Shown: positions 40,386 to 52,750 of the stretch, one piece after another
Position numbering within the stretch: position 1 is the first letter of the stretch
How the letters are laid out: each line of letters begins with the position of its first letter
Origin: Gnetum montanum
Taxonomy: Eukaryota > Plantae > Gnetophyta
Direction: 5' to 3'
DNA: 64,000 nt
NCBI GenBank assembly: GCA_015680685.1
Contig: MNCI01001903.1
Location: forward strand, 105,586-169,585
Made by a program: the position numbers and the translations under genes
The notes under the pieces: generated by a model
What the model was told of the DNA's origin: nothing
What the model saw: the letters and a program-made list of their open reading frames with translations, nothing else
Databases searched by the model: none

Positions 40386-41242
40386 TGATGAATCATGTTT
40401 TACATAAGCTTCGATATCAGAGTGGCTGCAATATCAAGTACATGATATCGTAGTTCAACATGCGATACTGGGCATGCGATATCATAGGGTACTCTTGGGC
40501 CTATAAATATAGCCCTTGGGCATACAATTTGGGGGTAGTTTTGGAAGTTAAGTAGCAAGATTCTTGCAATTTGTTCATTTGATAGTTAGAATATTTTCCA
40601 AGTGCCCACAGTAGGAGGTCTAAGTGTAATTGGATCTTTATTCAAGCATTGATGTACCTGAACATACCATTATGTTGGCAATAAAGATGAGCTCTTTGAT
40701 TCATCCTTGCAACACTTGAGACTTTCTTTCTTTATGCATTTATATATTGTGATTTTATGCAATTTACATGTAATGTTATTCATTTAGCAATTAATTTTGA
40801 TTAATTAAGCAACTAATTAAAATACACAAGCACGACCCCTTCAAACATACATGTGACACTTGGTAGCTCAAAAATGGTTAGCATTTGATAGCCTAGCAGT
40901 GTTTACATGAAGTTTAGGATGTGTTCAAGAAGTGGGGACAGTTACTCATGTTAGGTTAGATTAGACAATAGTTCACTTAGCATTTAATTTCTCTCACTTT
41001 TGTTATTGATTTTAGGTAATCAAATTGATAAAACATAAAATGATAAAAATCTTATGCCTCAATCACACTTAACCATACACTTGCATTTCACAAGTGGGAC
41101 TGAGAAGACAATGAATGGACAACATGAACTCACCATTTAGCGCTAGTGTACTTTGTAATTAAAGTCTATAAAATTTGACCAGATCACACGTGGATGCCTA
41201 TGATTTGTATGGTTGGGCGTAGGGGTACCTTGTTGCTTATCA
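40386..41242 (+). repeat. 3' LTR of element B
   Basis: Colinear with 12311-13212; followed by TSD CCTGT. Confidence 0.9.
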
Positions 41243-41660
41243 CCTGTCTAAATGCCTAACAACATTATCATATGCATTCCTCCATCAGAGTTGCTTAACT
41301 TAGTAAAAGAGAGATGTATGATCAAAGTAAAATGGATCATCATAAGCAAATGCGATTTGAACTTGTTATGAAAGTTATCAATGTTCATGTTCATTGAGCT
41401 AGGTTCATTCCTTATTCTTGATTGGAGGTGATCTCTCTAACTTATGAGAGGTAACCTGTTTAACAATTAGATAAGTGTGGTGCTTTTATCAATATAAGAA
41501 TAATAATTTTTATCAGATATTACAAAAATTGTATATAATTATAATGATTATTAGATATCTAATGCCTTTCTTAGCAATGAAGCTAAATAATGAGGAATGA
41601 ATATGTCTCATGTCTAACAATATAAATATATAATGTACAAAGTAGAATTTGTTATATTCT

Positions 41661-42446
41661 TGTTGATGCATAAATTTTGGTCGCATCAACATTGGGAAGG
41701 AAAACTTGTTTTAGGAGACTATTGCCTAGGGTGCCTCCCATATGGGTATGGAAACCTAGGAATAGTCTTAGCTGGAGAGGGCTATGTGGCCTTTTGCAAA
41801 TAATAAACTAAAAAGAAATTTAAAATTTAAATTAAATAATTATCTTCAATACAATAGGTAATTAAAAGAACTAAATTTTTCCTGGTTCCGTTGATGCTAT
41901 TGGTCCGTGACTGCCGATGGTATCCACTGCTGGGTAGGAAGACCGTGATCGCCATGAGAGAGGGAGAAAGAGAGAAAAAGAGAGAGAGAGAGACTCCCAC
42001 TATAGTCTACACAGGGCAGCAACTATAGTTTTCAAAGCCTGCCATCATTTGCTACCCTTTGTGCACCGCCATAGAGAAGAAGATCATTCACCCACGTCTG
42101 CACCACCGTGACAAGCTCCTACTATTGCTGAGAAAACCCACAAGGGTTTGATTTTTAGTTGTTGACTCCTGCCTTGGACCTTTCTCAAAGAACAACTAGA
42201 AGCCTATAAAGAAAAGAGGAAATTGTTGCTTAGTGGAGAGGAAGATGGCCCTTCAGACTGATAGTCAGAGCCTATTTTGGGACTCCTTCTTCTTCATCAT
42301 CTAGGAGCCCCCCTCTAGACTCCATTTTATAGTCGCTATAGCCATCCATAATGATGCGTACATTTCATGTAATGGCTACAAACACCGCCACCACTTTTTA
42401 TGTAATAACTCACACATTCTCTAATTAAGTGCCCACTTATGTCCAT
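41661..42446 (-). repeat. Partial 3' LTR of element F, cut by insertion of G
   Basis: Colinear with 61465-62259; similarity stops exactly where TGAAACACC of G begins. Confidence 0.9.
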
Positions 42447-44251
42447 TGAAACACCACAAAATTTTGGCCTAGCACTTTCAAACAAGATTCAAGCTAAGTC
42501 ATGTAGCCACCCAAGCATGAATACAGCATGACCAAACTTGGAGGTCTCTGTAACAGCCCCTGATGGTCCATGATTCAATACGCAGGGTCCCCTTAGGGCC
42601 CATGGGTAGCTGCATCAACTTTCAGCATCCATAATCAAAATTTTCAGGCTCAAAATGCTTGGTTTTGGCTAAGTATAATTTGGCTACATTTTTAGACGCT
42701 GCTCAACGTAAGGATCAACGTCACCAACTTTTGGAGGCCCAAAACTGAGCCAAAATAGGATGAAATTAGGCACAAGGACCCCCCATGATCTTCACAAGGT
42801 CCCCAACAGGTCCCAGCCTGTAGAAAATCAAGATTTGGGCCTCAAATGTGCCATTTTGACTTGGTGACGCTGGGGTTATTTTTCAGACGATGTACAACAT
42901 AAGGATCAGCATCACCAACATTTGGAGCCCCAAAACTGAGTCAAAATAGGATGAAATTGGGCACAAGGACCCCACATCACCTTCACCAAGGTCCCCAGTA
43001 GCTTCAAGCCTCTAGAAAATCAAGATTCAAGCCTCAAATGTGCCATTTTGACTTGGTGATGCTGGGGTTATTTTTCAAAAGCAGCACAACTTAAGGCTCA
43101 ATGTTACTAACTAAAATAGGGCCAAAACGACATCCAAATTAGCCCAAATTTGGCACAAAGAATCCTCTTGACCCATGGCATGCAGATCTACTTTGAAAAT
43201 GGGTCTCATAGGTCAAAAATGGATTCAGAATGCACTATTTTTAGGTCATACGCTATTAGTGACGTTGACACTGACGTTGATGCTGATGCTAACGCTGGAC
43301 ACTGATGCTGATGCTAACGCTGGACGCTGATGCTAGATGCTGATGTTGACACTGGACGCTGACGCTAGAATAGGCTATGCACACATCAAAGCTAGATCCA
43401 TGCACGCTGGAGGCTTTGGCAGCACAAAAAAAAGCATAGATCTACAGATTCGGAGGCCAGACATCCAGATCCACTCTTGTACTTTAACATTCTTTGTACG
43501 TTTTTTGCATTTTTTAGTGTATCAAGCTCTTAGTCATGTTGCACACTGTACATTGTAACATTTCGTGCATTTGGTCAACGCACACACCTGTCATCCAATC
43601 CGAAGTTTTCTCACCCCGTAGCCACTAATCTTCTCCCAGATCCAAATCTCTCACCTAAAACCATATAAATCTCCTATTTTTCCATTAGATCCATGTTCAA
43701 AAAATTTGAATCTCACACACTTAAGAAATCTGGGCATCAATCTCATACACTAGGCATCAGACTTGGTCATGCAGAGCAAGGGCAATCTTGGTCATGCTAT
43801 AGAACCTGCAACCAGAAACTTGTATTTCCCAGCATCCATTCACATCCATCGAGGCTAAATGTTCACCTTGCGACCAATCCACAACTGCGTTATGACCGGT
43901 GCACATTGTAATTTTTTTATCAATACAAAAAGTTTCCATTATTGCTCATATTCTTATAGTTTACATTATTTTTCCTATTCACATTTTTCCTATTTTCATT
44001 ATTTAAACAGTTTACATTCGTTTTTCATTTGTTTACGTTCAATTTTGCATTTGTTTGCATATAACCCAACGCATCACAATTGCGTACATTTAGGGAAGTC
44101 CTCGTTTGATCCACGTGCAAAGCATTCAAGGCACTCTACCTTTGTTAATTTCTAGCTTGCCCTCAGGTGAAGGTAGGGTCTTACTGTTTCATCCGTAGAT
44201 TTCTCGGTGTCCGTTTATTCTAGCCTCTCACCAACGATTTCAGAAGATACA
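42447..44251 (+). repeat. 5' LTR of element G with internal ~185-bp duplications (~42680-43160) and a GAYGCT-type 6-mer run (43259-43368)
   Basis: TGAAACACC...GATACA termini, followed by PBS. Confidence 0.85.
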
Positions 44252-44257
44252 GTAAAA

Positions 44258-44274
44258 TGGCGCTAGAAGGAGGG
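44258..44274 (+). promoter_or_regulatory. Primer-binding site, tRNA-Asn, element G
   Basis: TGGCGCTAGAAGGAGGG, complementary to the 3' end of plant tRNA-Asn(GTT) (...CCCTCCTTCTAGCGCCA) as I recall it. Confidence 0.9.
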
Positions 44275-44637
44275 CTATTTCTTTGTTAGATCCACCTCTT
44301 AGCATCCCAGATCTAGTGTTCACACACTGCTGTGATTGTCAACGTCCCTACGCTGCCTTGTTCCCAGCATTCAAGTGCTATTTCCTGCTCATAAATCCTA
44401 TTTTCCAGTTTGGATGCTATTTTAGAATTTTCCAGACACACTCCTGCTTGAATCACAGAGTCTTGCACCTTCCCTTCTCAGATCCAGATGCTACCCATAG
44501 CATCCTACACTCCCTGCTAGTTTCAGACATTGTTTACAACATCCATCATCTTTATACCTCTTTTCTAACGCTATTCACAGTGTCCAAATCTAAGTTTTCT
44601 CCATAGACACTACGTCCAACACTTAGTTTTCTCACCC

Positions 44638-44742
44638 AGATGTTGGTCACGCTGACGTTGGTCAAGCTAAAGTTTGGTCATGTTGACGTTGGTCACGCTG
44701 ATGTTGGTCAAGCTGATGTTTGGTCACGTTGACATGGGTCAA
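44638..44742. repeat. 15-16 bp tandem repeat GAYGTTGGTCAMGCT (about 7 copies) in the 5' UTR of G
   Basis: Read directly. Confidence 0.85.
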
Positions 44743-44869
44743 TTTGACACTCCTTCGTACGCTGTTCAACACTTAGCCATATTTTCTCCCTTCAACAATT
44801 AGCCATTTTTTCTCTCTCTGACACTTAGCCATTTATTTTCTTCCGCTTACGCTATTACATATAGACACT

Positions 44870-45704
44870 TTGACAATGGACCATGTGCAAACCAACACCA
44901 CCACCATGCCCATTACTGACTTCGATATCACAATCTTGGGTCCTGTCACCACCACTGAGTCCATAGTTGCTCTTGGCACAATGAATCCTCAGGGGCCATC
45001 TCACCAGTCACTGAGACTACAAGGTATGGATCCCGCATTCACCATCTTGACTCTTGAACAATATAACTTTATTTGTGTTAAAATCCAAGCTAACCTGGCT
45101 GTTGACCGAGCCGAGCTGGAAGTAAAGAGACACTATGAGCTAATTTACAAAGGAGGTCATGACTTCATTCCTACCGCCTACGATGTCATCCCCCTCACTG
45201 AATCCCACCATGAACTCCTATCCCAACTTCTCATGGCCAGGAACCAAACCTCACACCAGCCCGTCATAGAACCTCAAAACGAAGATGAGGAAGATAATTT
45301 CGCAGCTCAATCCGAGCATGCGGATTCGTACCATACTCTCAGTCTGCATACTTATGTGAATCCATTATTTTACCCTTTCATGATGGAGACCATGTCCCTC
45401 TCTCCATTCATTTAAAACCACTCAAGCACACGTGCCCCAACAGGAAGTACCCACTCTTATTCCCACTCTCCCTATGACCGATACTCAATTCAATGTAACC
45501 ATCCCCACTATTCCTCCAGTCACCACATTATCCCCTCTCCTATAAGTACAACCCCAAAACCCCCCTCTCAAACTAATGTAGGAGTGAATTTTCCACCCCA
45601 AGTAATTGGGATGCCATCTGTGATACCTGCTTCCACATCTACACACTTCATCCCACGAGTGCAGGTTCATACCACACCCTTGGCTCCTCCAGTGCAACAC
45701 CAGG
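44870..45704 (+). pseudogene. Element G gag N-terminus
   Basis: SLRLQG...EQYNFICVKIQANLAVDRAELEVKRHYELIY aligns with A (EHYDFIWAKIQVDLPLDHQELKHKHSFEFLY) and with C at ~19440-19585. Confidence 0.8.
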
Positions 45705-47142
45705 TGTAACGACGAAAAACATCGGTCGTTGGAAATATCAATGAAAATCCGTGGTACAAAATTCTAACCTCGGATCCGTGCGAGGACCGTGTTGGAGAGA
45801 AAAACGAATCTGAGGTGCCCTAAATGGTCTTGTCAATCAGACAGGGACTTATTTAATCAGTAAAAGGTTTTGTAGTATTTTGATGGTGAAATGAAGATTC
45901 TTTATAAAGCGATGCAATACTTTTAATCCCGAAAGAAATTGGAGATAATGAAAATGATCAAGATAAGATTGCCAAATCCATCTAACTAGGATGCAGGAGA
46001 TCAGATTTGGTAAATGATACGATCACAAGATCTAGTTTAATTTATGAAGAAAACAATGTGTTTAATACAATGACATCAGGCAAGCTTCGGTTTGGACGAA
46101 GCATATGCCAGTAAAAAGAAAGTGATGCAAAGATGAAACAAGTGAGGATCAATCTACCTTGATCTAGCCAATCTGGGCGCAAGGAAGTCAGACCCGTGGG
46201 AGAATATTCGGCAGCTAGTTGTTTTTTATCAAGAATTCTTGTCAATCACCTCCGACGTTCTCACGATCGTTGATTCTCTTTTGCTCTCTTGCCAATCTTG
46301 AAAGAAAATTTTTGCCAACCCCACTTTTTATCTTCATCAACTAGGGCATTTATAATGTTAGGGTCAGGAGAAAAAACATGGTTTAAGTGACGCGTGTCCC
46401 ACACCCATAAAATGTCGTTGACACAATGTGTTGTCATTGAAGCTCGCAACGCTATGCTGTGTAACGTGTCATAAAATACCCTCATGTGGGCTTTGGCAAC
46501 ATTGTCCTTTGAATACGCTAGAGATCGTATTGTAGCATATGAACTACTGATGTGCTTGTCTTTACTTAATTACACTGCGTTACACTAAATTACACACTGT
46601 AGCATAATTCAGCGTAAAGTAGTGAAACAGCAAAAGTTAAAGCATTGTTGCCGCACTTACTCTGTTTCTATCCTTTTCTAGGTTTTTACTATGCTGCGCT
46701 ACATAAAGCAGTGTAATGGGCCCCTTAACTAGGAAAGAAAAATCGCTGAGATGCGCGTTATACTACAAACTGTTGCTTAGGACTTGAGATTTTTGCCAGG
46801 CTGTTGAAGTCTTGTATGCTTGCCATCCTTGATGCTGCGGTGGGCTGTCTTTGATATTATGCTGCACAATGTGATGTTACACTATGTAGCATAATACAGC
46901 GTAATTTGCCAAAAGTTAAAAATTTTTGAAACAGATAACTTGCGAAGTTGGAAGCTTGGTCGTTGTGCATCTGTCACTTTGCTCCATCCTCTGGAAGTTA
47001 CTCATGCTTATGTTGCACAGCGTGGCAGGACAAACCTTCGGCTGAAAAGGAACTTGCTGCACCGTGCTTGGTTGCGGCCCTTCGTCTAAATCATCAGCCT
47101 TTAGCTGAACTGTCGAGGCCTCAAAATTTTCACGGTGTTTCA
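45705..47142 (-). repeat. 3' LTR of element D
   Basis: TG..CA termini; preceded on the minus strand by the PPT at 47147-47155; TATAAAT on minus at ~46350. Confidence 0.85.
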
Positions 47143-48340
47143 ATGGCCCCTCTTTGTTGACGTTTAGAGGGCTTGCCTGAAAGACGTCGACAAAGAATAC
47201 GAAACACCAGAAAGGCACAAGTGTCAATGGTGTCTATCAGAGATTTCTCAAACGTTGTTCTGTCAAACTTAGAAGTGCGAGGATAGAAGGAAACAGAGTG
47301 TAGAAGGGATCTTACAAGAGTTAAGGATGGTAGGTTCAAGGAAGACTCAAATACATGATTATGAAGCTTCTCCGAACAAGTCATTATATCCTTTTGCTAA
47401 TGTGTTAACGAAAGGTTACGTAATCATACTACATATCAAGGGCTTGCAAGTGCAATTTGTGGTACACCTGCATGGCCTGGACGAGTTGTTTTACATCCAT
47501 TTTGCCAAACCCCCCCCCCCCCTTTTTTGCCAAAATGCAAATTGTATGCCATAAGGCGAGCTGCGTTACACCAGTTTATGGGCATGATAATGAAAAATGG
47601 AGTTGACTTAATGCTCACTTTCTGTACAAGCAGAGGAGAAAGCGGGACAATTGTGAAGATAACGAAGGGATAAGGAAAGGGGGAGAAAACAAGGTAAGGC
47701 ATCCGATGGAGGGAGAGGTAGGGTTTGCACTTCCAAGTGACCAGACTAGTCTGAAAAGCCACCTCATAACACCATAACACCTCACCTTCCAGTGACAGTA
47801 TTCTCAATCAACGCCATTGTAAAAAGTAACCTACAAAACACAACATAGAACAGGAAGCTAGAAACAAACATCCTAATTGCTAAGGAGGGAGGTTGTCGAG
47901 ACAAGCGTCATCCAAAGCGAATAGGAGAGGGACCATAGCAAGCAGCAAGGGTGCCAATGTTGATGTCGCAGTTCCTGAAGTTGCCGTTGGCAGCCAGATT
48001 TATCTCGCTTGAAGGACGGTGCAAAGAACATGTCAGATGAATCTGCTAAGCTAGAGTCTAATGACGGCGATGGATGGAGGCCGCTAAGTTGGTGGGTGGC
48101 CACGATTTTTTTGAGGCACTAAGCGGCTAAACTAATCCCAGGAGCTACAGCTACGAAGTGGCTATCATAGTGACATCTCTGAGGGGTCAGTAGTATGCCT
48201 TTTAGCATATCCAAGGAATTAGGAGAATGCTAGTGGGGTAACGGCATTGTATCTGTCCCAACGCCTTACCCACTCCATCTAGTAGGGATGCAGTGCAAGA
48301 ATGATCACGCTTGCTTGCTTCATGGATGGTTGGTTGACAG

Positions 48341-48666
48341 ATTCTAGTTTTAGGTCCTGGTTGACCATTGTTGCTGGTTTTAAGTCTCAGTAGATTGTGG
48401 TCTCGGTTTAACGTCTGGGCAGATTGGAATCTGCTAGTTTTACATCGTAGCAAATGATGGAAGGCCTAGTTTATGGTCCTAGCAGACTATCCTGTGGGTG
48501 TCAATTTTATGTCGTGACCCAAGGACAAGTCTATGCTAGTTTAGCGTCTCAGCAGACATGTGCTTACCTTTGCCAGTTTAGCGTCTTGGTGGATGCGTGT
48601 AAGAGCTACCAATTTTACGTCGTAGCAAACGTGTACAACTTTGCCAATTTTACGTCGTAGCAGACA
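48341..48666 (-). repeat. Array of 10 hairpin/pseudoknot-like units after the integrase stop of element D
   Basis: Minus-strand consensus GTC-TGCTAC-GAC-GTAAAACTRGCA with variable spacers; homologous to 32270-32550. Confidence 0.85.
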
Positions 48667-48696
48667 TTGTTACCTGATTTTGAGTTGTGTTGATGT

Positions 48697-51600
48697 TCAG
48701 ATGTAATACCATTTTAGGTACAGATGATTCAACAGATTTGGTAGTTCATTGCCGTCTGTGTCTGCTAACTTGAATGCTCTGTTGCCATATGCATTGATGA
48801 CCAGGAAAGAGCCTTCTCAGTTTGTAGAGAACTTACCTACCGGTTCACGAATGGCCTTGAGAACTAAATCCCCTTTCTCAATCGGTCACCAATGTAGGTT
48901 GTGCCGATGCTTCTGTCGCTGTTTGTCCTGATATCTCTCGATGGTGTCAAGCGTCTGGGTGCGTTTCTCCTCCACTAAGTCTAAATCCTCGATTCTAGAC
49001 TCATTGTGTTGAGTCCCATTTATAACCGTAGATAGGACCATCGACAATGAGGGAACCTATAATTCCAAAGGCAACACTACTTCTGATCCATAGACCAGGC
49101 TATAGGGCATCCTGTCTATAGCTGTTCTCCATGTCGTACGATACGCCCATAGCACATAGAGGATTTTTTCATGCCATCGCTTCTTGTTACTATTAAGAAT
49201 TTTCTTAAGTAAATTGATGATTACTTTTTTTGTTGCCTCTACTTGACCATTTTCTTGCGGGTAATAGGGTGAAGAAAAAGATTACCTAATACCAAGATTA
49301 TCGCAAAAAGATTTGGTTTCTGAGCTACTAAATTGTGGTCTGTTGTCAGTCACAATAGTCGTAGGGAGTGCAAATCTAGTTACAATATTATCTAAGATGA
49401 AGTGGAAAACTTGTTGAGATGTGATCTTTCGCAGGGGGATAGCCTCAACCCACTTTGTAAAATACTCAGTGGTGGTGATAATGAAGCTATGACCTACAGA
49501 AGATTTAGGCAAGATGGGGCCTATGATGTCTAGTCCACATCATTGAAATGGCCAAGTGATTTGAGTAGTGTGTAACTCAGTTGGTGACACGTGTATTAGA
49601 TTTGCGTAATGTTGGCATGTGTCACACGTCTTAACCTTGGAAAGGTAGTCTTTTTCCATGTATGGCCAATAATACCCTAAGCGTTTAATCTTAGCAGTCA
49701 TTGCTCGCGGGGCTACGTGTCCTCCACACAGCCCTTCATGGACTTCGTTAACTATTCACTATGCTTGGTCACTGTTAACGTAGGTAAGCAATACCCCATC
49801 AAAGGAGCGTCTACAGAGAGTATTGTCCCTAAGGATGACATATTTCCTGGCACGTTTGCGCATGTGTTAGCTCGTGTGGTGGTTCGCCATGCAGAAGGTA
49901 AGTTTTAATGTTGTCATACCATTCTGATATTCCTTCCGTGTTTAATAAGGAAATTTGTGCCACTTGAATGACAAGCTCTGTACATTCTATCATTAAAGCG
50001 GGCCAAGTGGCAAATAGACATGGTGGCACGTTTAGTGGTAGTGTTGCCAGTGCATCGGCGATGGTGTTTTCGTTGCGCAGCACATGTTGAGCATCGATTG
50101 TCACGAATTACTTTAGGAGATCTTTAGCCATATCATAGTAGGGTTGTAGGTGTATGGCCTTGTAAGCGTAGACTCCTGTGATTTGATTGATTACCAGCAT
50201 TGAATCACCTCGGATTGCTAGGTGTTAAACGTTGAGTTCTCTGGCCGTCAACAATCCCCTGAGGAGCCCCTCATACTCTGCCACGTTGTTTGTACACGGG
50301 AAGGTCAGGCGGTAAGCCGATGGACGCACATCCTTAGGAGAAAGCGTAATAATGGTGACGGCACTGCCGCCTCTAATGGTTGAAGCTCCATCAAAATATA
50401 ACGTCACTTCAAGGCCTGTTGATACAGGGCTTAAACTATGTACATGTTCATCCAGGATTTTTGGCTCTATTGTAGCTTGATTGTTAACTGGCGACGTTGC
50501 TAAGTGGTTAGCTATGGCTTGGCCTTTGGTGGATGACTGGCCAACATAATGTAAATCGAACTCAGCTGTGATAGCCTTCCAATGAGCTATTCTGCTACTT
50601 TCATACAAATTGTTGGAGATAGCCCGCAAAACGTTACTTTTACAAATTATGTTGACCTGACTGCGGAAAATATAATGCCTACATTTTTTAAGTGTGAAAA
50701 CTAATGCCAAATAGTTACGCTCCACTTCGTTAGACCTTATTTTGTACGCAAATAGAGCATGACTAAGGTAATAGATAGGTGCTTCTGACCCATCGTTACT
50801 TTTTTGGCAAAGTAATGCAGCTATAGACATGTCTGAGTTAGCTAGATAAATGTAGAAAGGATGATCCCTTTGTGGCGGGAAAACCGTTGGTAAATTTTGC
50901 AGCTCTTCTTTTAAGTTGTCAAATGCACACTGGCAGTCATCGGTCCATTCAAAATTGACACCCTTCTTCAAAAGATGTTGCATGGGGTGTAATTTATCTG
51001 TTAACTTTGAAATGAACCTCCTGATGAACTGAAGCCTACCCTGTAACCCACGTAGTTCCTTGAGATTTGTTGGTGGTGTTAAATCAACGATGGCCTTAAC
51101 CTTGTCGGGGTCAACTCGGATGCCAATTTCTGATACCACAAACCCCAACATGCGTCCAGTTTTGATTCCAAATACGCATTTCTTTAGGTTAAGCCGTAAG
51201 TCATGTTGGAGACATCATTTAAGGACTAGCTCCAGGTCTTGTGAATGATCTTCTGACTTTATAGATTTGACAGCTATGTCATCTACATAGTTGTTCAATC
51301 TCCCTAAGAGGTAATCGCTAAAGATGTATGTCATGGCTCATTGATATGTCGCTTCGACGTTCTTTAACTCGAAAGGCATCATGGTGTAATAGAAGGTCCC
51401 CCAGGGCGTCATGAATGTTGTGGTCAATTGGTGCTTTGGGTTAATACGAATTTGATTATAGCCTAAGAAATCATCCATAAAGGATAGGAGAGCATGGCTA
51501 GCTATTGTGTCGATTAGTTGGTCGATACTCGGTAATGGAAAGTTGTCCTTAATTGTAGCTTTGTTCAGATCCTGGAAGTCTATGCAGATGCGTATGCCTC

Positions 51601-52159
51601 TCGTTTTCTTAGAGACAACTACAATGTTGGACACCTAATCGAAGTAATCAACTGCACGGATGAAACTGGCCTGATATAACTTGGTGATTTCATCATGCAC
51701 TGTTAGTGTGATTTCTGGCTTAATCTTTCATGCCTTCTGTCTAATTGGTTTGATGCGTGGGTCTAAGATGATGTTGTGCTGTATTAATCTCGGGTTTAAA
51801 CCTGGCATGTCTTCATATGACCACACGAATACAGCAGTGTTATTTTGGAGCACTTGGGTCATGTCATTCTGCATCTATTGGTCTAGGAGAGAACTAATCC
51901 TAAGAGTTTTATTTTTTTCCTTGTGCATAACCACAGGGACCTCGCTGAGAGGGTCCTCGGTTACATCACCAGCCTCCAGGTTGAGTGTTCGGGCCAGATG
52001 TTCTGGCCAGTCTGGGGATGTTTCCAATGTAGCTATGGTTGTGTCATAAAGGGACGGGTTTGTTCCTACTAGCGTGTGATCATACTGTCTAATGATCTTC
52101 CCATATGGTCCTATTAAGTCTAAGGGTGCAAATAGAGCTGCGTCCATTTGCGAGTGATC
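48697..52159 (-). pseudogene. Element D pol: RT, RNase H, additional archaeal-type RNase H and integrase
   Basis: IRICIDFQDLNKA, LSFMDDFLGYNQI, MPFELKNVEATYQ, FYIYLANSD, LYFDGAS, TNNVAEYEGLL, ENTIADALA, EYFTKWVEAIP, DNRPQF; less decayed than C. Confidence 0.95.
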
Positions 52160-52750
52160 CTGCAAAATCGTCAAAAATGGAAGTTGTTACATCATTTTTT
52201 CACCAATCTGTTAAATGATAAAATTTTGTTTTTTTTTGTGTCAGAATTGTGTGTTAGATAAGTTTCCAATTTAAGTTTTTAGTGGACTGTTACAAATATG
52301 CATAGTTTATAAAAATAAATGTCAAGCGAAGCTGCTTAGATGCTAGCATATGAAATGAGATGAAAGGTTTAACGTGGCATGTCTAGTGTGTCAAAATGGT
52401 TGGATTTGAATTTTTCACTAACCTTAGTTAATGCAACCAAATTATGAGGTGATAAGCTATGCATTAGTTTAGGGTCATTTCTGACCATAACGCAAACGAT
52501 ATCTCCATCATTAATGCCCAGATCCTCACGTTTTATGTGATACAGACACACGTGTTTCGAGAAAGTTCCGTGTCAATCAGGCAGAAATAATCAGTTGGTT
52601 TCGAGTATTTTGTTTATAAACCAATGGTTCAGACTCAAAACAGGTTACTGATATCGTGAATTTGGACCTGGTTATAGTGAGAAGAGAGCGTAAGCAAGGC
52701 ATGAGCAGACAATTTTATGAGGACTTTTTTCAATTTCTACCTTTGCAACA

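Larger units (their letters stand above)
12311..41242 (+). mobile_element. Element B: Athila-like Ty3/gypsy retrotransposon, full length, decayed, interrupted in RT by element C
   Basis: LTRs 12311-13212 and 40386-41242 (TGATGA start; TCATTA and TTATCA ends); TSD CTTGT/CCTGT; Asp-type PBS; gag-PR-RT-RH-INT remnants with no aRH seen. Confidence 0.9.
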
